Positions 52,196 through 64,000 of a stretch of DNA of 64,000 nucleotides are shown one piece after another. This DNA is from Pseudomonadales bacterium (lineage in GTDB: Bacteria > Pseudomonadota > Gammaproteobacteria > Pseudomonadales > JBECKS01). Within the stretch, counting starts at the first letter, position 1. The number at the start of each line of letters is the position of its first letter. A program made the translations under genes and the position numbers. The notes under the pieces were generated by a model, which saw nothing but the letters and a program-made list of their open reading frames with translations, had not been told where the DNA came from and did not search any database. Where the stretch lies: positions 3,011 through 67,010 of the forward strand of contig JBECKS010000130.1 of the NCBI GenBank assembly GCA_040235395.1, given 5' to 3'.

Positions 52196-52816
52196 TTATT
52201 TAGAATACAATTCAACAATCAGGTTTTCATTGATATCTGGTGGCAAATCTTCCCTTTCTGGCACAGAAACAAAAGTACCTTGCATGTTTGCGATATCAAC
52301 ATTAATCCAGTCTTCAAATCCCCTTTGACTTGCTAAATCCAAGGCAGACTTGATGCGCAATTGAGTTTTGGATCTTTCTCTTACTGAAATGACGTCACCG
52401 GGTTTAACTTGATAAGAAGGAATATTAACGCCCTGACCATTCACCAAAATCGATTTATGACTAACAAGCTGGCGAGCTTCGTTTCGAGTAGCTCCAAAAC
52501 CCATACGATAAACAACGTTATCTAAACGTGATTCGAGAAGTTGTAGTAAGTTTTCACCTGTTGAACCTTTCTGACGAGCTGCTTCTTTATAATAAGAACG
52601 GAATTGTTTTTCCAGCATGCCATAGGTTCTACGCATCTTCTGCTTTTCACGAAGCTGAACACCATAATCTGATAAACGACCACGTCGATCACCATGCTGA
52701 CCTGGAGCTTTTTCAGAGCGACACTTCACATCATGTGGCTTTACACCACTTTTCAAGCCAAGGTCTACACCTTCTCTACGAGAAAGTTTGCACTTTGGTC
52801 CTAAATATCTTGCCAT
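52196..52816 (-). CDS. rpsD: 30S ribosomal protein S4
   Basis: 206 aa. [16 protein letters not shown]. Confidence 0.97.
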   Translation of the reverse strand: MARYLGPKCKLSRREGVDLGLKSGVKPHDVKCRSEKAPGQHGDRRGRLSDYGVQLREKQKMRRTYGMLEKQFRSYYKEAARQKGSTGENLLQLLESRLDNVVYRMGFGATRNEARQLVSHKSILVNGQGVNIPSYQVKPGDVISVRERSKTQLRIKSALDLASQRGFEDWINVDIANMQGTFVSVPEREDLPPDINENLIVELYSK

Positions 52817-52839
52817 TTTATTCTCTCCAGCCTGCTCTC

Positions 52840-53226
52840 TTAAACACGTCTTTTCTTTGGAGGACGACAGCCATTATGAGGAATGGGTGTAACGTCGGTA
52901 ATACTTGTAACCTTGAATCCCACACTGTTCAGCGCTCTAACTGCTGATTCACGACCTGGTCCAGGTCCTTTTACAAGCACATCCACATTTTTTAAACCGA
53001 ACTCTTTTGCAGCTTCACCCGCGCGTTCTGAAGCCACCTGAGCTGCAAATGGTGTACTTTTTCTCGACCCACGGAAACCACTACCACCAGACGTCGCCCA
53101 ACTTAATGCGTTACCTTGACGGTCAGTAATCGTAATAATGGTGTTATTGAAAGAAGCCTGTATATGGACGACTCCGTCAACAACTGATTTTTTAACTTTC
53201 TTTTTGCTTGAACTTGGTGCTGCCAT
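52840..53226 (-). CDS. rpsK: 30S ribosomal protein S11
   Basis: 128 aa. ...[15 protein letters not shown]...[16 protein letters not shown]. Confidence 0.97.
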   Translation of the reverse strand: MAAPSSSKKKVKKSVVDGVVHIQASFNNTIITITDRQGNALSWATSGGSGFRGSRKSTPFAAQVASERAGEAAKEFGLKNVDVLVKGPGPGRESAVRALNSVGFKVTSITDVTPIPHNGCRPPKKRRV

Positions 53227-53252
53227 AGGGTCTTAACCTTCAGAAATAATTT

Positions 53253-53609
53253 TTACTTTTTAATCGGTTTACGAGGACCTTTACGCGTTCTCGCATTTGT
53301 TTTGCTGCGTTGTCCTCTTACAGGAAGACTATGGCGATGCCTTAGACCTCTATAAGTTTTTAAGTCCATCAAACGCTTGATATTCATTGAAACCTCACGG
53401 CGAAGGTCTCCTTCCACTACATAATTGGCAATTTCTGAACGTAGCTTTTCTAACTCTGCTTCAGATAAATCTGAAATTTTTCTCTCACTCTCTATACCTG
53501 TAACCTGGCAGATTTTCTGTGCCGTTGTACGACCGATACCATATATATAAGTAAGCGCTACATCTGTATGCTTTTTATCAGGAACGTTTACACCTGCAAT
53601 ACGAGCCAT
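53253..53609 (-). CDS. rpsM: 30S ribosomal protein S13
   Basis: 118 aa. [10 protein letters not shown]. Confidence 0.97.
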   Translation of the reverse strand: MARIAGVNVPDKKHTDVALTYIYGIGRTTAQKICQVTGIESERKISDLSEAELEKLRSEIANYVVEGDLRREVSMNIKRLMDLKTYRGLRHRHSLPVRGQRSKTNARTRKGPRKPIKK

Positions 53610-53720
53610 TGAATTCTCCGATTTTGCTCTTTGTTACTCAGTTAATCCGCTAGATCCAGAACCAAAAGGGGCGCAAGAATAGCGGTAACAATACTAAAAA
53701 TCAATTACAAGGAAGCTTGA

Positions 53721-53835
53721 TTCAACCCTGCTTTTGCTTGTGTTTGGGGTCACTACAAATAACCCGAACACTACCGTTGCGACGAATAACCTTACAGTTT
53801 CGACACATTTTTTTTACAGAAGCTCTTACTTTCAT
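53721..53835 (-). pseudogene. rpmJ: 50S ribosomal protein L36 gene interrupted by a 1-nt insertion
   Basis: The minus strand reads ATG AAA GTA AGA GCT T TCT GTA AAA AAA ATG TGT CGA AAC TGT ... GGT TGA. Read as written, the frame gives [14 protein letters not shown]. Removing one T from the TTT run (plus-strand aaa at 53819-53821) gives canonical [37 protein letters not shown]. The span is 115 nt, that is 114+1. Confidence 0.8.
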
Positions 53836-53857
53836 CGTTTACACCAGTCTTAAATTA

Positions 53858-55198
53858 CTATCGTTTCGAACCTGAAGGCTTACCACCCTTCAAGTTTGCC
53901 TTCTTCATCAATGACTCATACTGAGATGACATCAGATGAGATTGAACCTGAGCCATAAAATCCATAACAACAACCACAACAATAAGCATTGAGGTACCAC
54001 CAAAATAAAACGGTGTTCCTGTATAGACCACTGCCATTTCTGGAATCAAACATACGCCAGTAATATATAAACCGCCTACCAGAGTTAACCTGTTCAATAT
54101 CTTGTCAATATACCTTGCTGACTGCTCACCAGGTCTAATTCCAGGAATAAAAGCACCTGAACGTTTAAGGTTGTCTGCAATTTCATCCGGATTGAATTGA
54201 ATCGCTGTATAGAAATAGCAAAAGAATATAATTCCAATTGCAAACAATATCATATACAGAGGTTGCCCAGGAGAAAGGGTTAAGGCCACCGTTTGCAGCC
54301 ACTCCATTCCATCTTCCTGACCAAACCAATTCCCAACACTTGCCGGAAACAACAAAATACTCGAGGCGAAAATCGCAGGTATTACACCAGCCATATTTAC
54401 CTTTAGTGGTAAATGGGATTGCTGACCCGCAAACACTTTTCTACCTTGTTGACGCTTTGCATAATTGACCGTGATTCGACGTTGACCACGTTCAACAAAA
54501 ACAACAATCCAAGCAAGAGCAAGCACGCCAAACGCAATTAATGCCAATACCAATGGATTCAGATCGCCTTGACGGGCAGATTCCAAAGAAGTACCAATGG
54601 CATTAGGTATGCCAGCTACAATGCCCGCAAAAATAATGAGAGAGATTCCATTACCAATACCATATTCAGTTATTTGTTCACCAAGCCACATCAAAAACAT
54701 AGTGCCTGTCGCCAATGTAACAACGGCCACAACATAAAACTGCCATGTCGACTCAGCGATACCACTACCTGTTAAAGTTCTGGCGTAAGCAAAACCCTGA
54801 ACAGTGCACAAAGCCAAGGCCAAATAGCGAGTGTACTGGGTAATTTTTCTTCTACCTTCAACGCCCTCTTTTTTCATCTGCTCAAGCTGTGGTGTAACGG
54901 CTGTCATCAACTGCATGACAATTGATGCAGAGATATAAGGCATGATTCCCATTGCCGTTACACTCATTCGTGCAAGCGACCCACCAGAAAACATATTAAA
55001 TAGACTTAAATACGTTCCAGCCTGCTGATCAAACAAACGCGCTAACTGCAATGTATCTATGCCGGGCAAAGGAATATGCGAAGCCACCCTGAAAATAAAA
55101 ATAGCAAACAACACAAAGCCAATGCGCCCCCATAGTTCAGATAAACCATTTTGGGCACCACTATTAGCTAGCAGTGTTGATTCCGGTTGTTTCGCCAT
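53858..55198 (-). CDS. secY: preprotein translocase subunit SecY
   Basis: 446 aa with 10 TM. ...[14 protein letters not shown]... Confidence 0.97.
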   Translation of the reverse strand: MAKQPESTLLANSGAQNGLSELWGRIGFVLFAIFIFRVASHIPLPGIDTLQLARLFDQQAGTYLSLFNMFSGGSLARMSVTAMGIMPYISASIVMQLMTAVTPQLEQMKKEGVEGRRKITQYTRYLALALCTVQGFAYARTLTGSGIAESTWQFYVVAVVTLATGTMFLMWLGEQITEYGIGNGISLIIFAGIVAGIPNAIGTSLESARQGDLNPLVLALIAFGVLALAWIVVFVERGQRRITVNYAKRQQGRKVFAGQQSHLPLKVNMAGVIPAIFASSILLFPASVGNWFGQEDGMEWLQTVALTLSPGQPLYMILFAIGIIFFCYFYTAIQFNPDEIADNLKRSGAFIPGIRPGEQSARYIDKILNRLTLVGGLYITGVCLIPEMAVVYTGTPFYFGGTSMLIVVVVVMDFMAQVQSHLMSSQYESLMKKANLKGGKPSGSKR

Positions 55199-55205
55199 TA
55201 ATTAT

Positions 55206-55655
55206 TTACTCAGCTACGCTACCACCAGCAGCTTCTATCGCTTCTCTAGCACCTTTTGTAGCTTTAATTCCTTTAAGGTTTACCTTCTTAGAAAGCTCGC
55301 CAGACAACACAACTTTTGCGAACTTTACATTCTTTTTCAGTATGCCAGCCTGCTTCAAAGCATCCAGATTTACATCACCTTCAACTTGATTAAGCTCGGA
55401 CAAACGAACTTCTGAAGACACTAGGGACTTTCTTGAAGTAAAACCGTATTTAGGTACACGTCTCTGAATAGGCATTTGCCCACCTTCAAAACCCGCTTTA
55501 ACTCTACCGCCACTGCGAGATGTCAAACCCTTATGTCCTCTTCCGCAGGTCTTACCTAAACCACTACCAATACCGCGACCGACTCGCTTCTTGCTAGGCT
55601 TTGAACCTTTAGCAGGACTTAAGCTATTTAATGTAAGTTTAATTTCTGAAGACAT
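55206..55655 (-). CDS. rplO: 50S ribosomal protein L15
   Basis: 149 aa. [21 protein letters not shown]. Confidence 0.97.
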   Translation of the reverse strand: MSSEIKLTLNSLSPAKGSKPSKKRVGRGIGSGLGKTCGRGHKGLTSRSGGRVKAGFEGGQMPIQRRVPKYGFTSRKSLVSSEVRLSELNQVEGDVNLDALKQAGILKKNVKFAKVVLSGELSKKVNLKGIKATKGAREAIEAAGGSVAE

Positions 55656-55657
55656 TT

Positions 55658-55849
55658 TTATTCCTCTACCTTAACCATATAGCTGACCTTGTTCACCATG
55701 CCACGAGTGGAAGGGGTGTCTTCAACCTCCACTGTATGACCTACTTTTCTAAGTCCCAATCCACGAACACAGGATCGATGCGCTTCCAAACGTCCATTTA
55801 AACTTTTGGTCAACGTGACTTTCATTTGTTTTTTGTCAGCCTTTGCCAT
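55658..55849 (-). CDS. rpmD: 50S ribosomal protein L30
   Basis: 63 aa, at the conserved position in the spc operon. Confidence 0.95.
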   Translation of the reverse strand: MAKADKKQMKVTLTKSLNGRLEAHRSCVRGLGLRKVGHTVEVEDTPSTRGMVNKVSYMVKVEE

Positions 55850-55887
55850 GATGATTTACCTTTAATTCTTCAAACGTCTTAAAACTT

Positions 55888-56409
55888 TTACGAAAGAATT
55901 TCTTCCACTCGCTTACCACGCTTTGCCGCTACAGCCTCAGGTGTTGACATGCTTGCCAGACCTTTAAAAGTTGCCCTGACTACATTTGTAGGATTAGTAG
56001 AACCGTAACATTTAGCCAACACGTTCTGAATTCCTGCAACCTCCAACACAGCACGCATTGCACCACCCGCGATTACACCAGTACCCTCAGAAGCTGGCTG
56101 CATGAAAATTTTTGATGCGCCATGGTTAGCTCTTATTGTGTGTTGCAATGTATGTCCATTTAGTTCCACTTTTATCATGTTTCTTTTAGCTGACTCGATA
56201 GCCTTCTGAATTGCTAAAGGAACTTCTCTGGCCTTACCTCTGCCATAACCTATACGACCATTTCCATCACCAACAACTGTTAATGCTGTAAAACCAAAAA
56301 TACGTCCACCTTTAACAACTTTGGCAACACGATTAACATGGACGAGCTTCTCTACCAAACCATCATCTTGCTGAAGTTTTTCTGTACGAACCTGTTTTTC
56401 TTTAGTCAT
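55888..56409 (-). CDS. rpsE: 30S ribosomal protein S5
   Basis: 173 aa. [27 protein letters not shown]. Confidence 0.97.
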   Translation of the reverse strand: MTKEKQVRTEKLQQDDGLVEKLVHVNRVAKVVKGGRIFGFTALTVVGDGNGRIGYGRGKAREVPLAIQKAIESAKRNMIKVELNGHTLQHTIRANHGASKIFMQPASEGTGVIAGGAMRAVLEVAGIQNVLAKCYGSTNPTNVVRATFKGLASMSTPEAVAAKRGKRVEEILS

Positions 56410-56437
56410 CTTTTTACCTTTAGTAATCCATCAGCCT

Positions 56438-56788
56438 TTAAAACTTTAAGCCATTTTCACGGGCAGCATCTGCCAAAGCCTTAACACGACCATGATATTT
56501 AAAACCAGAACGATCAAACGCCACTTCTTCAACACCGGCCTTCTTAGCTCGTTCAGCAATTAACTTACCAATCTCTGCTGCAGCTACAGAATTACCCTTA
56601 GAAGCTGGTGAAAAACCTTTTTCAACTGTCGCTGCACTAGCCAGCACAACACCACCTTCAGGGGAAATAATTTGTGCATACATATGCTGCGAGCTACGAT
56701 TCACTACTAGTCTATTCTTACCAAGCTCACGCATCTTAATGCGATTTTTTTTCGCTCTTCTTAATCTGGAAACCTTTTTGTCACTCAT
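56438..56788 (-). CDS. rplR: 50S ribosomal protein L18
   Basis: 116 aa. ...[28 protein letters not shown]. Confidence 0.97.
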   Translation of the reverse strand: MSDKKVSRLRRAKKNRIKMRELGKNRLVVNRSSQHMYAQIISPEGGVVLASAATVEKGFSPASKGNSVAAAEIGKLIAERAKKAGVEEVAFDRSGFKYHGRVKALADAARENGLKF

Positions 56789-56835
56789 CGATTAAATCTC
56801 TTTAATTCTAAATAAAGGAAGTCTTTTACTAAGAA

Positions 56836-57369
56836 TTATTTCTTCTTAGCTTCTTTTCTTCTCACGCGCTCATCAGAATAACGAACACCCTTACCTTTAT
56901 AAGGCTCCGGTGGACGGAAGGATCTAATGTTCGCTGCAGCCTGTCCTACAACCTGTTTATCCACACCGGAAACAACGATTTCTGTCTGGCTTGGCGTCGT
57001 AACCTCAAGACCTTGCGGAACTTCATAAACAACTGGATGGGAAAAACCCAAGGTTAAGTTTAATGTTTTACCCTTCGACTCAGCTCGATAACCAACACCG
57101 TTTAACTGAAGCTTCTTGGTAAAGCCATCACTTACACCCACAACCATATTATTTACTAAAGATCGTGCAGTACCAGCTTGAGCCCAAGCCTCCTTAGAGT
57201 CATTATTTACCTTGATTTCAAGAACATCACCATCCTGACTAACAGAAACCAGCTCATGAAGATCTCTTGTCAACTCGCCTTTTCCGCCTTTAACCTTAAT
57301 CGAACTGCCAGATACGGAAACCTCCACACCTTTGGGAACCTGGATTGGGCTTTTCGCTACACGTGACAT
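56836..57369 (-). CDS. rplF: 50S ribosomal protein L6
   Basis: 177 aa. [17 protein letters not shown]. Confidence 0.97.
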   Translation of the reverse strand: MSRVAKSPIQVPKGVEVSVSGSSIKVKGGKGELTRDLHELVSVSQDGDVLEIKVNNDSKEAWAQAGTARSLVNNMVVGVSDGFTKKLQLNGVGYRAESKGKTLNLTLGFSHPVVYEVPQGLEVTTPSQTEIVVSGVDKQVVGQAAANIRSFRPPEPYKGKGVRYSDERVRRKEAKKK

Positions 57370-57409
57370 TTACAATACCTACTTAAATTTTAATAACAAA
57401 AGTCTTGAA

Positions 57410-57805
57410 TTAAGAAACTGTGCACAACACTTCGCCACCAACACCTTCTTTTCTTGCCTGAGTATCCGTCATAATACCCTTTGGTGTAGAAACTATGGCT
57501 ATACCAAGTCCGTCTTTAACCCGAGGCATATCATCCTTACTCTTATAAATTCTAAGACCTGGCTTACTAATACGTTTAATTTCATCAATTACAGCCTTTC
57601 CCTCGAAATATTTTAAATCAATTCGAAGAACAGGTTTATTCTCAGATGTTTCTTCTTCAACTCCAGAAATATAGCCCTCGCTCAACAATACTTGTGCAAT
57701 TGCCTTTTTTATTTTGGATGCTGGAATTCGAACTGAAATCTTTTCAGCCATCTGACCATTTCGAATTCGTGTGAGCAAATCAGCAATAGGATCCTGCATA
57801 CTCAT
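57410..57805 (-). CDS. rpsH: 30S ribosomal protein S8
   Basis: The canonical N-terminus [17 protein letters not shown] starts at ATG 57805. The ORF track start (57856) would overlap rpsN. Confidence 0.96.
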   Translation of the reverse strand: MSMQDPIADLLTRIRNGQMAEKISVRIPASKIKKAIAQVLLSEGYISGVEEETSENKPVLRIDLKYFEGKAVIDEIKRISKPGLRIYKSKDDMPRVKDGLGIAIVSTPKGIMTDTQARKEGVGGEVLCTVS

Positions 57806-57818
57806 AAATTTTTCTCCC

Positions 57819-58124
57819 CTACCAACTACTCTTAACAAGACCTGGGACATCGCCACGCATTGCGGCTTCCCTTAATTTATTACGACCAAGACCAAACTTT
57901 CTATAATAGCCATGAGGACGACCAGTTAAACCACAACGATTCATTAGTCTGGTAGGCGAAGCATTTCTTGGTAACTTCTGAAGCGCCATCTGGGCATCCC
58001 ACTTTTCTTCTTCAGTTGCATTCACGTCGAGAATAATTGCTTTCAAAGCCAATCTTTTTGCAGCGTACTTCTTAACTGCCTTCTCTCTCTTTTTTTCTCT
58101 CTCTAACATAGAGCGTTTAGCCAT
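57819..58124 (-). CDS. rpsN: 30S ribosomal protein S14
   Basis: 101 aa long form, ending ...VPGLVKSSW. Confidence 0.97.
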   Translation of the reverse strand: MAKRSMLEREKKREKAVKKYAAKRLALKAIILDVNATEEEKWDAQMALQKLPRNASPTRLMNRCGLTGRPHGYYRKFGLGRNKLREAAMRGDVPGLVKSSW

Positions 58125-58144
58125 TTTACAATCCTCTAGCCAGA

Positions 58145-58684
58145 CTATTTTTTAATTGGAAAGTTAAAGGCATGCAGTAAAGCTCTACCTTCTTCATCCG
58201 TTTTAGCTGATGTGGTTATACAAATATCTAGACCACGAATTTTATCAATCTTGTCGTAATCGATTTCTGGAAACACAATCTGCTCTTGAATTCCCATACT
58301 GTAATTCCCATGACCATCAAAAGACTTTGGACTCAGTCCTCGAAAATCCCTGATGCGAGGGATTGAAATTGTCACCAAACGATCAAGGAATTCATACATA
58401 CGATCTTTTCGTAAAGTGACTTTGCAGCCAATTGGCCAACCTTCACGAACCTTAAAACCTGCAATAGATTTTCTTGCTTTAGTAACCACTGGTTTTTGAC
58501 CAGAGATTTTTTCCATATCTGCAAGAGCGCCTTCTAATGCTTTTTTATCCTGAATAGCCTCGCCAACACCCATATTCAATGTAATTTTGGTGATTTTAGG
58601 GATTTCCATTGCGCTCTTGTAACCAAACTGCTCTTGCAACTTTGGAGCTACATCGGATTGATAAAACGTCTTCATTCTACTCAT
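58145..58684 (-). CDS. rplE: 50S ribosomal protein L5
   Basis: 179 aa, at the conserved spc-operon position. Confidence 0.97.
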   Translation of the reverse strand: MSRMKTFYQSDVAPKLQEQFGYKSAMEIPKITKITLNMGVGEAIQDKKALEGALADMEKISGQKPVVTKARKSIAGFKVREGWPIGCKVTLRKDRMYEFLDRLVTISIPRIRDFRGLSPKSFDGHGNYSMGIQEQIVFPEIDYDKIDKIRGLDICITTSAKTDEEGRALLHAFNFPIKK

Positions 58685-58711
58685 GACTTACTCTCTATTC
58701 CTAAAATGAGC

Positions 58712-59035
58712 TTAAACGCCCACTTTCTCACCATTTGATTTGAACACTCTTACCTTCTTTCCACTATCAAGATTAAAACCAACGCGATCCGCTTTATCAG
58801 TACTTGGGTTATATATAGCCACGTTAGAAAGATCCATTGCAGCTTCTTGCTCAACAATCCCACCTTGAATATTTTTTTGCGGATTAGGTCTTACATGTTT
58901 TTTAATCATGTTTACCCCACTAACAATCACCTTGGTCTTGCCTTCATTATTCAAAACCTTAACAACTTTACCGCGACGCCCTTTATCTTTTCCGGCAATC
59001 ACAATAATTTCATCATCACTTTTTATCTTGGCCAT
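58712..59035 (-). CDS. rplX: 50S ribosomal protein L24
   Basis: 107 aa. KOW motif [12 protein letters not shown]. Confidence 0.96.
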   Translation of the reverse strand: MAKIKSDDEIIVIAGKDKGRRGKVVKVLNNEGKTKVIVSGVNMIKKHVRPNPQKNIQGGIVEQEAAMDLSNVAIYNPSTDKADRVGFNLDSGKKVRVFKSNGEKVGV

Positions 59036-59063
59036 TTTCTTACGCTCAAAAAATAGTTGTCAT

Positions 59064-59432
59064 TTAAAGCACTTCAGGTGCCAAAGAAATAATTTTCATG
59101 AACTGCTCACCACGTAATTCACGAGTCACAGGCCCAAAAATACGCGTTCCAATAGGCTGTTTTGAAGCATTAAGCAATACAGCAGCATTTTCATCGAAAC
59201 GAATTACCGAACCATCAGGGCGTCTCACACCTTTCTTGGTCCTCACAACTACCGCATTCATCACATCACCTTTTTTTACTTTGGCGCGAGGAATCGCTTC
59301 CTTTACAGCAACTTTAATAACATCTCCAACAGTTGCATAACGTCTATGAGAACCGCCTAAAACCTTAATACACTGGACTTTTCTTGCTCCAGAATTATCT
59401 GCTACTACTAAATTGCTTTCTGTTTGAATCAT
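59064..59432 (-). CDS. rplN: 50S ribosomal protein L14
   Basis: 122 aa. [27 protein letters not shown]. Confidence 0.98.
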   Translation of the reverse strand: MIQTESNLVVADNSGARKVQCIKVLGGSHRRYATVGDVIKVAVKEAIPRAKVKKGDVMNAVVVRTKKGVRRPDGSVIRFDENAAVLLNASKQPIGTRIFGPVTRELRGEQFMKIISLAPEVL

Positions 59433-59461
59433 GACCGTTCTCTAATCAAAAGTATTAAATC

Positions 59462-59728
59462 TTAGTTAGCTTTTTCCAAAATGCTTTGTAAAACCCAGGA
59501 TTTATTTTTGGAAATTGGGCGACTCTCTGCAATCATCACCAGATCACCAATAGCACAATCGTCATTCTCATCGTGAGCAAGAACCTTGGTTGATTTCTTA
59601 ATGAACTTTCCATAAAGCGGGTGCTTAACCTTTCTTTCAATCAACACCTTAATGGACTTATTCATCTTGTCGCTTACAACAACACCTGTCAGCGTTCTCA
59701 CTTTTTTATCAGCACTCTCTTTTGACAT
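59462..59728 (-). CDS. rpsQ: 30S ribosomal protein S17
   Basis: 88 aa. ...[20 protein letters not shown]. Confidence 0.96.
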   Translation of the reverse strand: MSKESADKKVRTLTGVVVSDKMNKSIKVLIERKVKHPLYGKFIKKSTKVLAHDENDDCAIGDLVMIAESRPISKNKSWVLQSILEKAN

Positions 59729-59730
59729 GC

Positions 59731-59922
59731 TTATTTATCCTGCTTTTCACTAATAATTGTATTAAAACGCGCAATCTCTCTACGAACCTGCTTGAAACGA
59801 TGTGGTCTAACTAATTGACCCGTAGCATTTTGCATCCTTAACTTGAATTGCTCTTCTAGCAAATTCTTTAATTCTTTCTGAAGCTCATCAGCTGACTTGC
59901 TTCTCAATTCTGTAGCTTTCAT
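59731..59922 (-). CDS. rpmC: 50S ribosomal protein L29
   Basis: 63 aa. [18 protein letters not shown]. Confidence 0.96.
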   Translation of the reverse strand: MKATELRSKSADELQKELKNLLEEQFKLRMQNATGQLVRPHRFKQVRREIARFNTIISEKQDK

Positions 59923-60335
59923 TACATTACCGTCCGAGTCACAATTTTCGTATTTATAGGTAATTTCGCTGCTGCAAGTTCAAAAGCCCTTCTAGCAACT
60001 GATTCATCAACCCCTTCCATCTCAAACAACACTCTTCCTGGTTGAATCTGAGCAACCCAATACTCAACATTACCTTTACCCTTACCTTGACGAACTTCTA
60101 AAGGCTTTTGCGTGATTGGTTTGTCAGGAAAAATACGTATCCAGATTTTTCCCCCACGTTTTACGTGTCTTGTCATCGCCCTTCTGCCAGCCTCAATCTG
60201 TCTAGCTGTCAGTCGACCTTGCTCAGTAGCCTTTAACCCAATGGTTCCAAAAGAGACTTTATTACCCCTTTGAGCCAAACCGCGATTACGGCCTTTCATC
60301 TGTTTTCTAAACTTTGTTCTTTTAGGTTGTAGCAT
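59922..60335 (-). CDS. rplP: 50S ribosomal protein L16
   Basis: 137 aa. [19 protein letters not shown]. Confidence 0.98.
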   Translation of the reverse strand: MLQPKRTKFRKQMKGRNRGLAQRGNKVSFGTIGLKATEQGRLTARQIEAGRRAMTRHVKRGGKIWIRIFPDKPITQKPLEVRQGKGKGNVEYWVAQIQPGRVLFEMEGVDESVARRAFELAAAKLPINTKIVTRTVM

Positions 60336-60369
60336 CGTCTTGCCTTATTTACTCTCAGGAAATTTGATT

Positions 60370-61038
60370 CTAGCTAGCCTTACTTTGCTCAGCTTTTTTA
60401 TCGTATAAACCTTCAAATACTTCGCCTTTGAAAATCCATACCTTCACCCCAATAACACCATAAGTTGTGTGAGCTTCATGTGTCGCATAATCAATATCAG
60501 CTCTTAATGTATGAAGAGGGACGCGACCCTCCTTATACCATTCAGTTCTAGCTATCTCAGCACCACCAAGTCTTCCAGAAACCTGAATACGAATTCCTTC
60601 TGCACCAGCTCTCATGGCATTTTGCTGAGCACGCTTCATTGCTCTACGAAACATCACACGTCTCTCTAGTTGCTGCGCTATATTTGCAGCAACCAACTTC
60701 GCATCCAGTTCAGGTTTTCTGATTTCTTCAATATTAACCTGAACAGAACAGCCCATTTTCTTCGCAATTTCACGACGAAGAATTTCAACATCTTCACCTT
60801 TTTTACCAATTACAATACCTGGTCTAGCCGTATGAATAGTTACACGAGCACTTTCAGAAGGTCTTTGGATCTCCACCTTGCTCACCGACGCATTACTGAG
60901 TTTTTTCATTACAAACTCACGAACCTCTAAATCGGTCAATAGATTGCTTGCATACGTTTTAGGGTTCGCGTACCAAATTGAGTTGTGTTTTTTCACAATA
61001 CCCAATCTAATACCTGTCGGATGAACTTTTTGACCCAT
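60370..61038 (-). CDS. rpsC: 30S ribosomal protein S3
   Basis: 222 aa. [13 protein letters not shown]. Confidence 0.98.
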   Translation of the reverse strand: MGQKVHPTGIRLGIVKKHNSIWYANPKTYASNLLTDLEVREFVMKKLSNASVSKVEIQRPSESARVTIHTARPGIVIGKKGEDVEILRREIAKKMGCSVQVNIEEIRKPELDAKLVAANIAQQLERRVMFRRAMKRAQQNAMRAGAEGIRIQVSGRLGGAEIARTEWYKEGRVPLHTLRADIDYATHEAHTTYGVIGVKVWIFKGEVFEGLYDKKAEQSKAS

Positions 61039-61048
61039 ATGCTTTCTC

Positions 61049-61381
61049 CTACACTTCCGCTACTTTAACGGTTATATGACAACTTCTTTTCAAAATACGA
61101 TCAGCTCTACCTTTAGCTCTTGGGCGAATTCGCTTCATAATCATGCCCTCATCAACATAAATTGTTGAAACCTTAAGCTCATCAATATCAGCGCCTTCAT
61201 TGTTTTCTGCATTAGCAATCGCCGACTCCAGAACTTTCTTAACAATTTGAGCTGCCTTTTTGCTGCTGAACGCCAACAGATTCAGCGCTTCTTCAACTGG
61301 AAGACCTCTAATCTGATCCGCTACCAACCTGGCTTTCTGTGGAGAAATGCGGGCGCCTTTCAATTTTGCTGAAACTTCCAT
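61049..61381 (-). CDS. rplV: 50S ribosomal protein L22
   Basis: 110 aa. ...[15 protein letters not shown]. Confidence 0.97.
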   Translation of the reverse strand: MEVSAKLKGARISPQKARLVADQIRGLPVEEALNLLAFSSKKAAQIVKKVLESAIANAENNEGADIDELKVSTIYVDEGMIMKRIRPRAKGRADRILKRSCHITVKVAEV

Positions 61382-61387
61382 CTTTAA

Positions 61388-61663
61388 CTACCTCTTAGCC
61401 TTTTTATCAGCTGCATGACCGCGATAGGTACGAGTAGCTGCAAACTCACCAAGTTTGTGACCAACCATCTGCTCGGTTACAAAAACTGGCACATGTTGAC
61501 GACCATTATGGACAGCTATAGTCAAACCAACCATTTCTGGCAGAATCATTGATCTTCTAGACCAGGTTTTAAGTGGTTTCTTTGAGTTATTCGCAACTGC
61601 ATCTTCAACTTTTTTAAGTAGATGCAAATCAACAAATGGACCTTTTTTTAATGAACGTGGCAC
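61388..61663 (-). CDS. rpsS: 30S ribosomal protein S19
   Basis: 91 aa. [19 protein letters not shown]. Confidence 0.98.
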   Translation of the reverse strand: MPRSLKKGPFVDLHLLKKVEDAVANNSKKPLKTWSRRSMILPEMVGLTIAVHNGRQHVPVFVTEQMVGHKLGEFAATRTYRGHAADKKAKR

Positions 61664-61688
61664 TATCGCCTCCTCATTAGCTTAATGA

Positions 61689-62513
61689 TTACTTTCTTCT
61701 ATCCCTAACAATCATCTTGTTAGTTCGCTTATTCTTTCTTGTCTTATAACCTTTAGTTGGCACACCCCAAGGAGTGACAGGGTGTCGACCACCTGAGGTT
61801 CTACCCTCACCACCACCATGTGGATGATCAACCGGGTTCATCACCACACCCCTGACGGTTGGGCGCACCCCTCTCCAGCGAGAAGCCCCTGCTTTACCTA
61901 GGCTTCTAAGGTTGTGCTCCCCATTGCTCACCTCACCAATAACAGCGGTGCAATCAGCATATACTTTTCTCATCTCTCCTGAACGGAGTCTCAAGGTTAC
62001 GTATTGACCTTCTTTCGCAAGAAGTTGTGCTGAAGAGCCAGCGCTTCGCGCAATTTGAGCACCTTTACCCAACTTCAGCTCTATGCAATGAATCGTTGTA
62101 CCTTGAGGTATATTTCTTAATGGCAAGCAGTTTCCTATTTTTATCGGAGCATCCTCACCCGATTGAATCTTGTCACCAACAGAAAGATTTTTAGGAGCAA
62201 CGATATAACGACGCTCACCGTCAATATATTTAATTAACGCTATGTGCGCAGAACGGTTTGGGTCATATTCCAGTCTTTCTACGGTTCCAGGAACATTCAA
62301 CTTATCCCTTTTAAAATCAATAATGCGATAAAGCCGTTTGTGCCCACCGCCCTTGTGACGCGTAGTAATACGGCCCTGATTATTCCGACCACCTGTCTTT
62401 GAATTCAACTCAACCAGAGGAGCATAAGGCCTACCCTTATACAGCTCAGGAGAAGTAATCTTTACTACAAACCTTCTACCTGGTGATGTCGGTTTAGCTT
62501 TTACAATCGCCAT
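61689..62513 (-). CDS. rplB: 50S ribosomal protein L2
   Basis: 274 aa. ...[14 protein letters not shown]. Confidence 0.98.
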   Translation of the reverse strand: MAIVKAKPTSPGRRFVVKITSPELYKGRPYAPLVELNSKTGGRNNQGRITTRHKGGGHKRLYRIIDFKRDKLNVPGTVERLEYDPNRSAHIALIKYIDGERRYIVAPKNLSVGDKIQSGEDAPIKIGNCLPLRNIPQGTTIHCIELKLGKGAQIARSAGSSAQLLAKEGQYVTLRLRSGEMRKVYADCTAVIGEVSNGEHNLRSLGKAGASRWRGVRPTVRGVVMNPVDHPHGGGEGRTSGGRHPVTPWGVPTKGYKTRKNKRTNKMIVRDRRK

Positions 62514-62529
62514 TCAACTAACTCCTACC

Positions 62530-62823
62530 TTACTCGACCGACATAAAGTCGATATCATGACCTTCATGTAAACGAACAACAGCTTTTTTCCAGCTGGGTC
62601 TTTTGCCCAAAGTCTGACCAAAACGCTTAACCTTGCCCTTCACATTTGAAACCTGAACAGACTTAACTTTTACCTTGAAAAGCTGCTCAACAGCCTGCTT
62701 TACTTGTAACTTGTTCGCATCCTTAGCAACCTTAAATACAAACTGGTTGTTATCGTCAGAAGCAACTGTTGCCTTCTCGGTAACTCTTGGCGCTAAAAGC
62801 ACTTTATAAACTTGTTGATCCAT
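62530..62823 (-). CDS. rplW: 50S ribosomal protein L23
   Basis: 97 aa, at the conserved S10-operon position. Confidence 0.96.
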   Translation of the reverse strand: MDQQVYKVLLAPRVTEKATVASDDNNQFVFKVAKDANKLQVKQAVEQLFKVKVKSVQVSNVKGKVKRFGQTLGKRPSWKKAVVRLHEGHDIDFMSVE

Positions 62824-63434
62824 TAGACTAATTTCTCCTCAAGTTTTTTTAACGCCTCAACTGTCATCAAAACCTTATCGTAAGAGATAAGACCAACAGG
62901 ATCACAACCCTGAACATCCCTAACATCTACATGAGGAATGTTGCGAGCAGATAAATAAAGGTTTTGATCATCCGACTCTGTAACAATTAATACGTTGTGT
63001 AGGTTTAAATTTTTTAACTGAGACACCAACTCTTTCGTCTTTGGCCCATCAACCTTGAACTCATCAATCAAAACCAGTCGACCTTGACGAACAAGCTCAG
63101 ACAAAATGCATTGCATAGCGCCTCTATACATTTTTTTGTTAACTTTTTGTTCAAAGCTTCTGGGTGAAGCCGCGAAAGTAACTCCACCAGTTCTCCATAT
63201 CGGGCTTCTGATAGTGCCAGCTCTCGCTCTGCCTGTTCCCTTTTGACGCCAAGGTTTTCTTCCGCCACCAGAAACATCAGATCTGCTTTTTTGAGCTTTT
63301 GAACCTTGTCTGCCACCCGCCAAATAGGCATTAACAACTTGGTGTACAAGAGGCTCGTTAAACTCTCTACCAAACGCAACTTCGGAAACTGCAACCTGTT
63401 GCCCAGAAGTAGTATTTATATTCATTCCAGACAC
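62823..63434 (-). CDS. rplD: 50S ribosomal protein L4
   Basis: 203 aa. ...[29 protein letters not shown]. Confidence 0.97.
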   Translation of the reverse strand: MSGMNINTTSGQQVAVSEVAFGREFNEPLVHQVVNAYLAGGRQGSKAQKSRSDVSGGGRKPWRQKGTGRARAGTIRSPIWRTGGVTFAASPRSFEQKVNKKMYRGAMQCILSELVRQGRLVLIDEFKVDGPKTKELVSQLKNLNLHNVLIVTESDDQNLYLSARNIPHVDVRDVQGCDPVGLISYDKVLMTVEALKKLEEKLV

Positions 63435-63439
63435 CCCTC

Positions 63440-64000
63440 CTATCTACCAACTTTTACAGCTGGACGAACAATTACATCTGAACCCACCGATCCAGGGATC
63501 GCTCCTTTCACCAAAAGCAGGTTTCGATCCAAATCAATTTTTACTAAATCCAGTGACTGAACAGTGGTTTTTCTATTCCCCATATGCCCCGCCATTTTTT
63601 TCCCTTTGAACACGCGACCTGGAGTCTGATTTTGTCCAATCGAACCCGGCGCTCTATGGGAAAGCGAATTTCCATGGGTAGCGTCCTGCATCGAAAAGTT
63701 CCAGCGCTTAACAGCACCTGCAAAACCTTTTCCTTTAGACACACCTGTTACATCCACCTTGTTAACTTCTGAAAAAATATCGAGTCCAATTTTCGCACCA
63801 GACTCAAGCGCATCACCTTGGGAGTCGTCCAGTCTAAACTCAACCAACTTCACTCCCGCATCCATGTTGGCTTTAGCAAACACACCCGCTTCTGGTTTTT
63901 TTACAAGCGCTGGTTTTTTATTCCCATAAGTCACTTGAATAGCTGAATAACCATCTTTCTCTAAAGTTTTCACCATCGTGACCCGATTATCACAAACTTC
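63440..64000 (-). CDS. rplC: 50S ribosomal protein L3 (5' end beyond the window edge)
   Basis: The frame stays open to position 64000 (...[23 protein letters not shown]...). The internal Met at 63976 in the ORF track is not the true start. ...[10 protein letters not shown] is typical of L3. Confidence 0.95.
   Translation of the reverse strand, partial: EVCDNRVTMVKTLEKDGYSAIQVTYGNKKPALVKKPEAGVFAKANMDAGVKLVEFRLDDSQGDALESGAKIGLDIFSEVNKVDVTGVSKGKGFAGAVKRWNFSMQDATHGNSLSHRAPGSIGQNQTPGRVFKGKKMAGHMGNRKTTVQSLDLVKIDLDRNLLLVKGAIPGSVGSDVIVRPAVKVGR

Noticed and set aside
52528-52947. 139-aa plus-strand ORF antisense to rpsD and rpsK
   Set aside because: It is a shadow ORF on the opposite strand of highly conserved ribosomal genes. 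The same applies to 55059-55415, 55174-55389, 57332-57616, 58847-59117, 59098-59340, 60670-60930 and 63306-63772.
53721-53835. Programmed +1 ribosomal frameshifting as the explanation for the split rpmJ
   Set aside because: The shift site GCU-UUC-U has no slippery or hungry-codon context, no in-frame stop at the site as in prfB, and no upstream SD-like stimulator. An indel, real or artefactual, is more parsimonious.

Overview
This is a 64-kb, AT-biased chromosomal segment from a Gammaproteobacterium. Gene order resembles Pseudomonas and Oceanospirillales. I recognised no rRNA, tRNA, CRISPR array, transposase, integrase or phage gene. About 80% of the window is conserved core. On the minus strand: hisC-hisD-hisG-murA-ibaG-mlaC. 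Divergent from that: kdsC-lptC/A-lptB-rpoN-ptsN-rapZ-npr, then mgtE and darP. Next come a C-N hydrolase, yhdP and mreDCB (minus), gatCAB (plus), yaaA and acs. Further on are ssb, an MFS gene, uvrA and a class-V aminotransferase. From 50.7 kb to the window edge the minus strand carries the alpha, spc and S10 ribosomal operons (rplQ back to a truncated rplC). Two stretches look accessory. The first is 0.3-3.6 kb, with three envelope proteins of unknown function. The second is 32.6-44.6 kb: six uncharacterised secreted or membrane proteins beside a stand-alone gspN-gspC-gspD module, with no gspE-M genes adjacent. The most notable observations are these. (1) A single 335-aa ORF fuses an LptC-like domain in frame to an LptA-like domain. 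(2) The 32.6-44.6 kb envelope block includes an oversized FadL-like porin, a coiled-coil lipase-like protein with Gly at the nucleophile position, and a protein with a tripartite C-terminal sorting-signal-like tail. (3) rpmJ (L36) carries a 1-nt insertion. (4) Several genes usually found in this super-locus are missing: mlaFED, mlaB, kdsD, hpf, maf and rng. I found no convincing defence, toxin-antitoxin or mobile system. All functional calls rest on motif recognition and remembered homologues, not on database searches.
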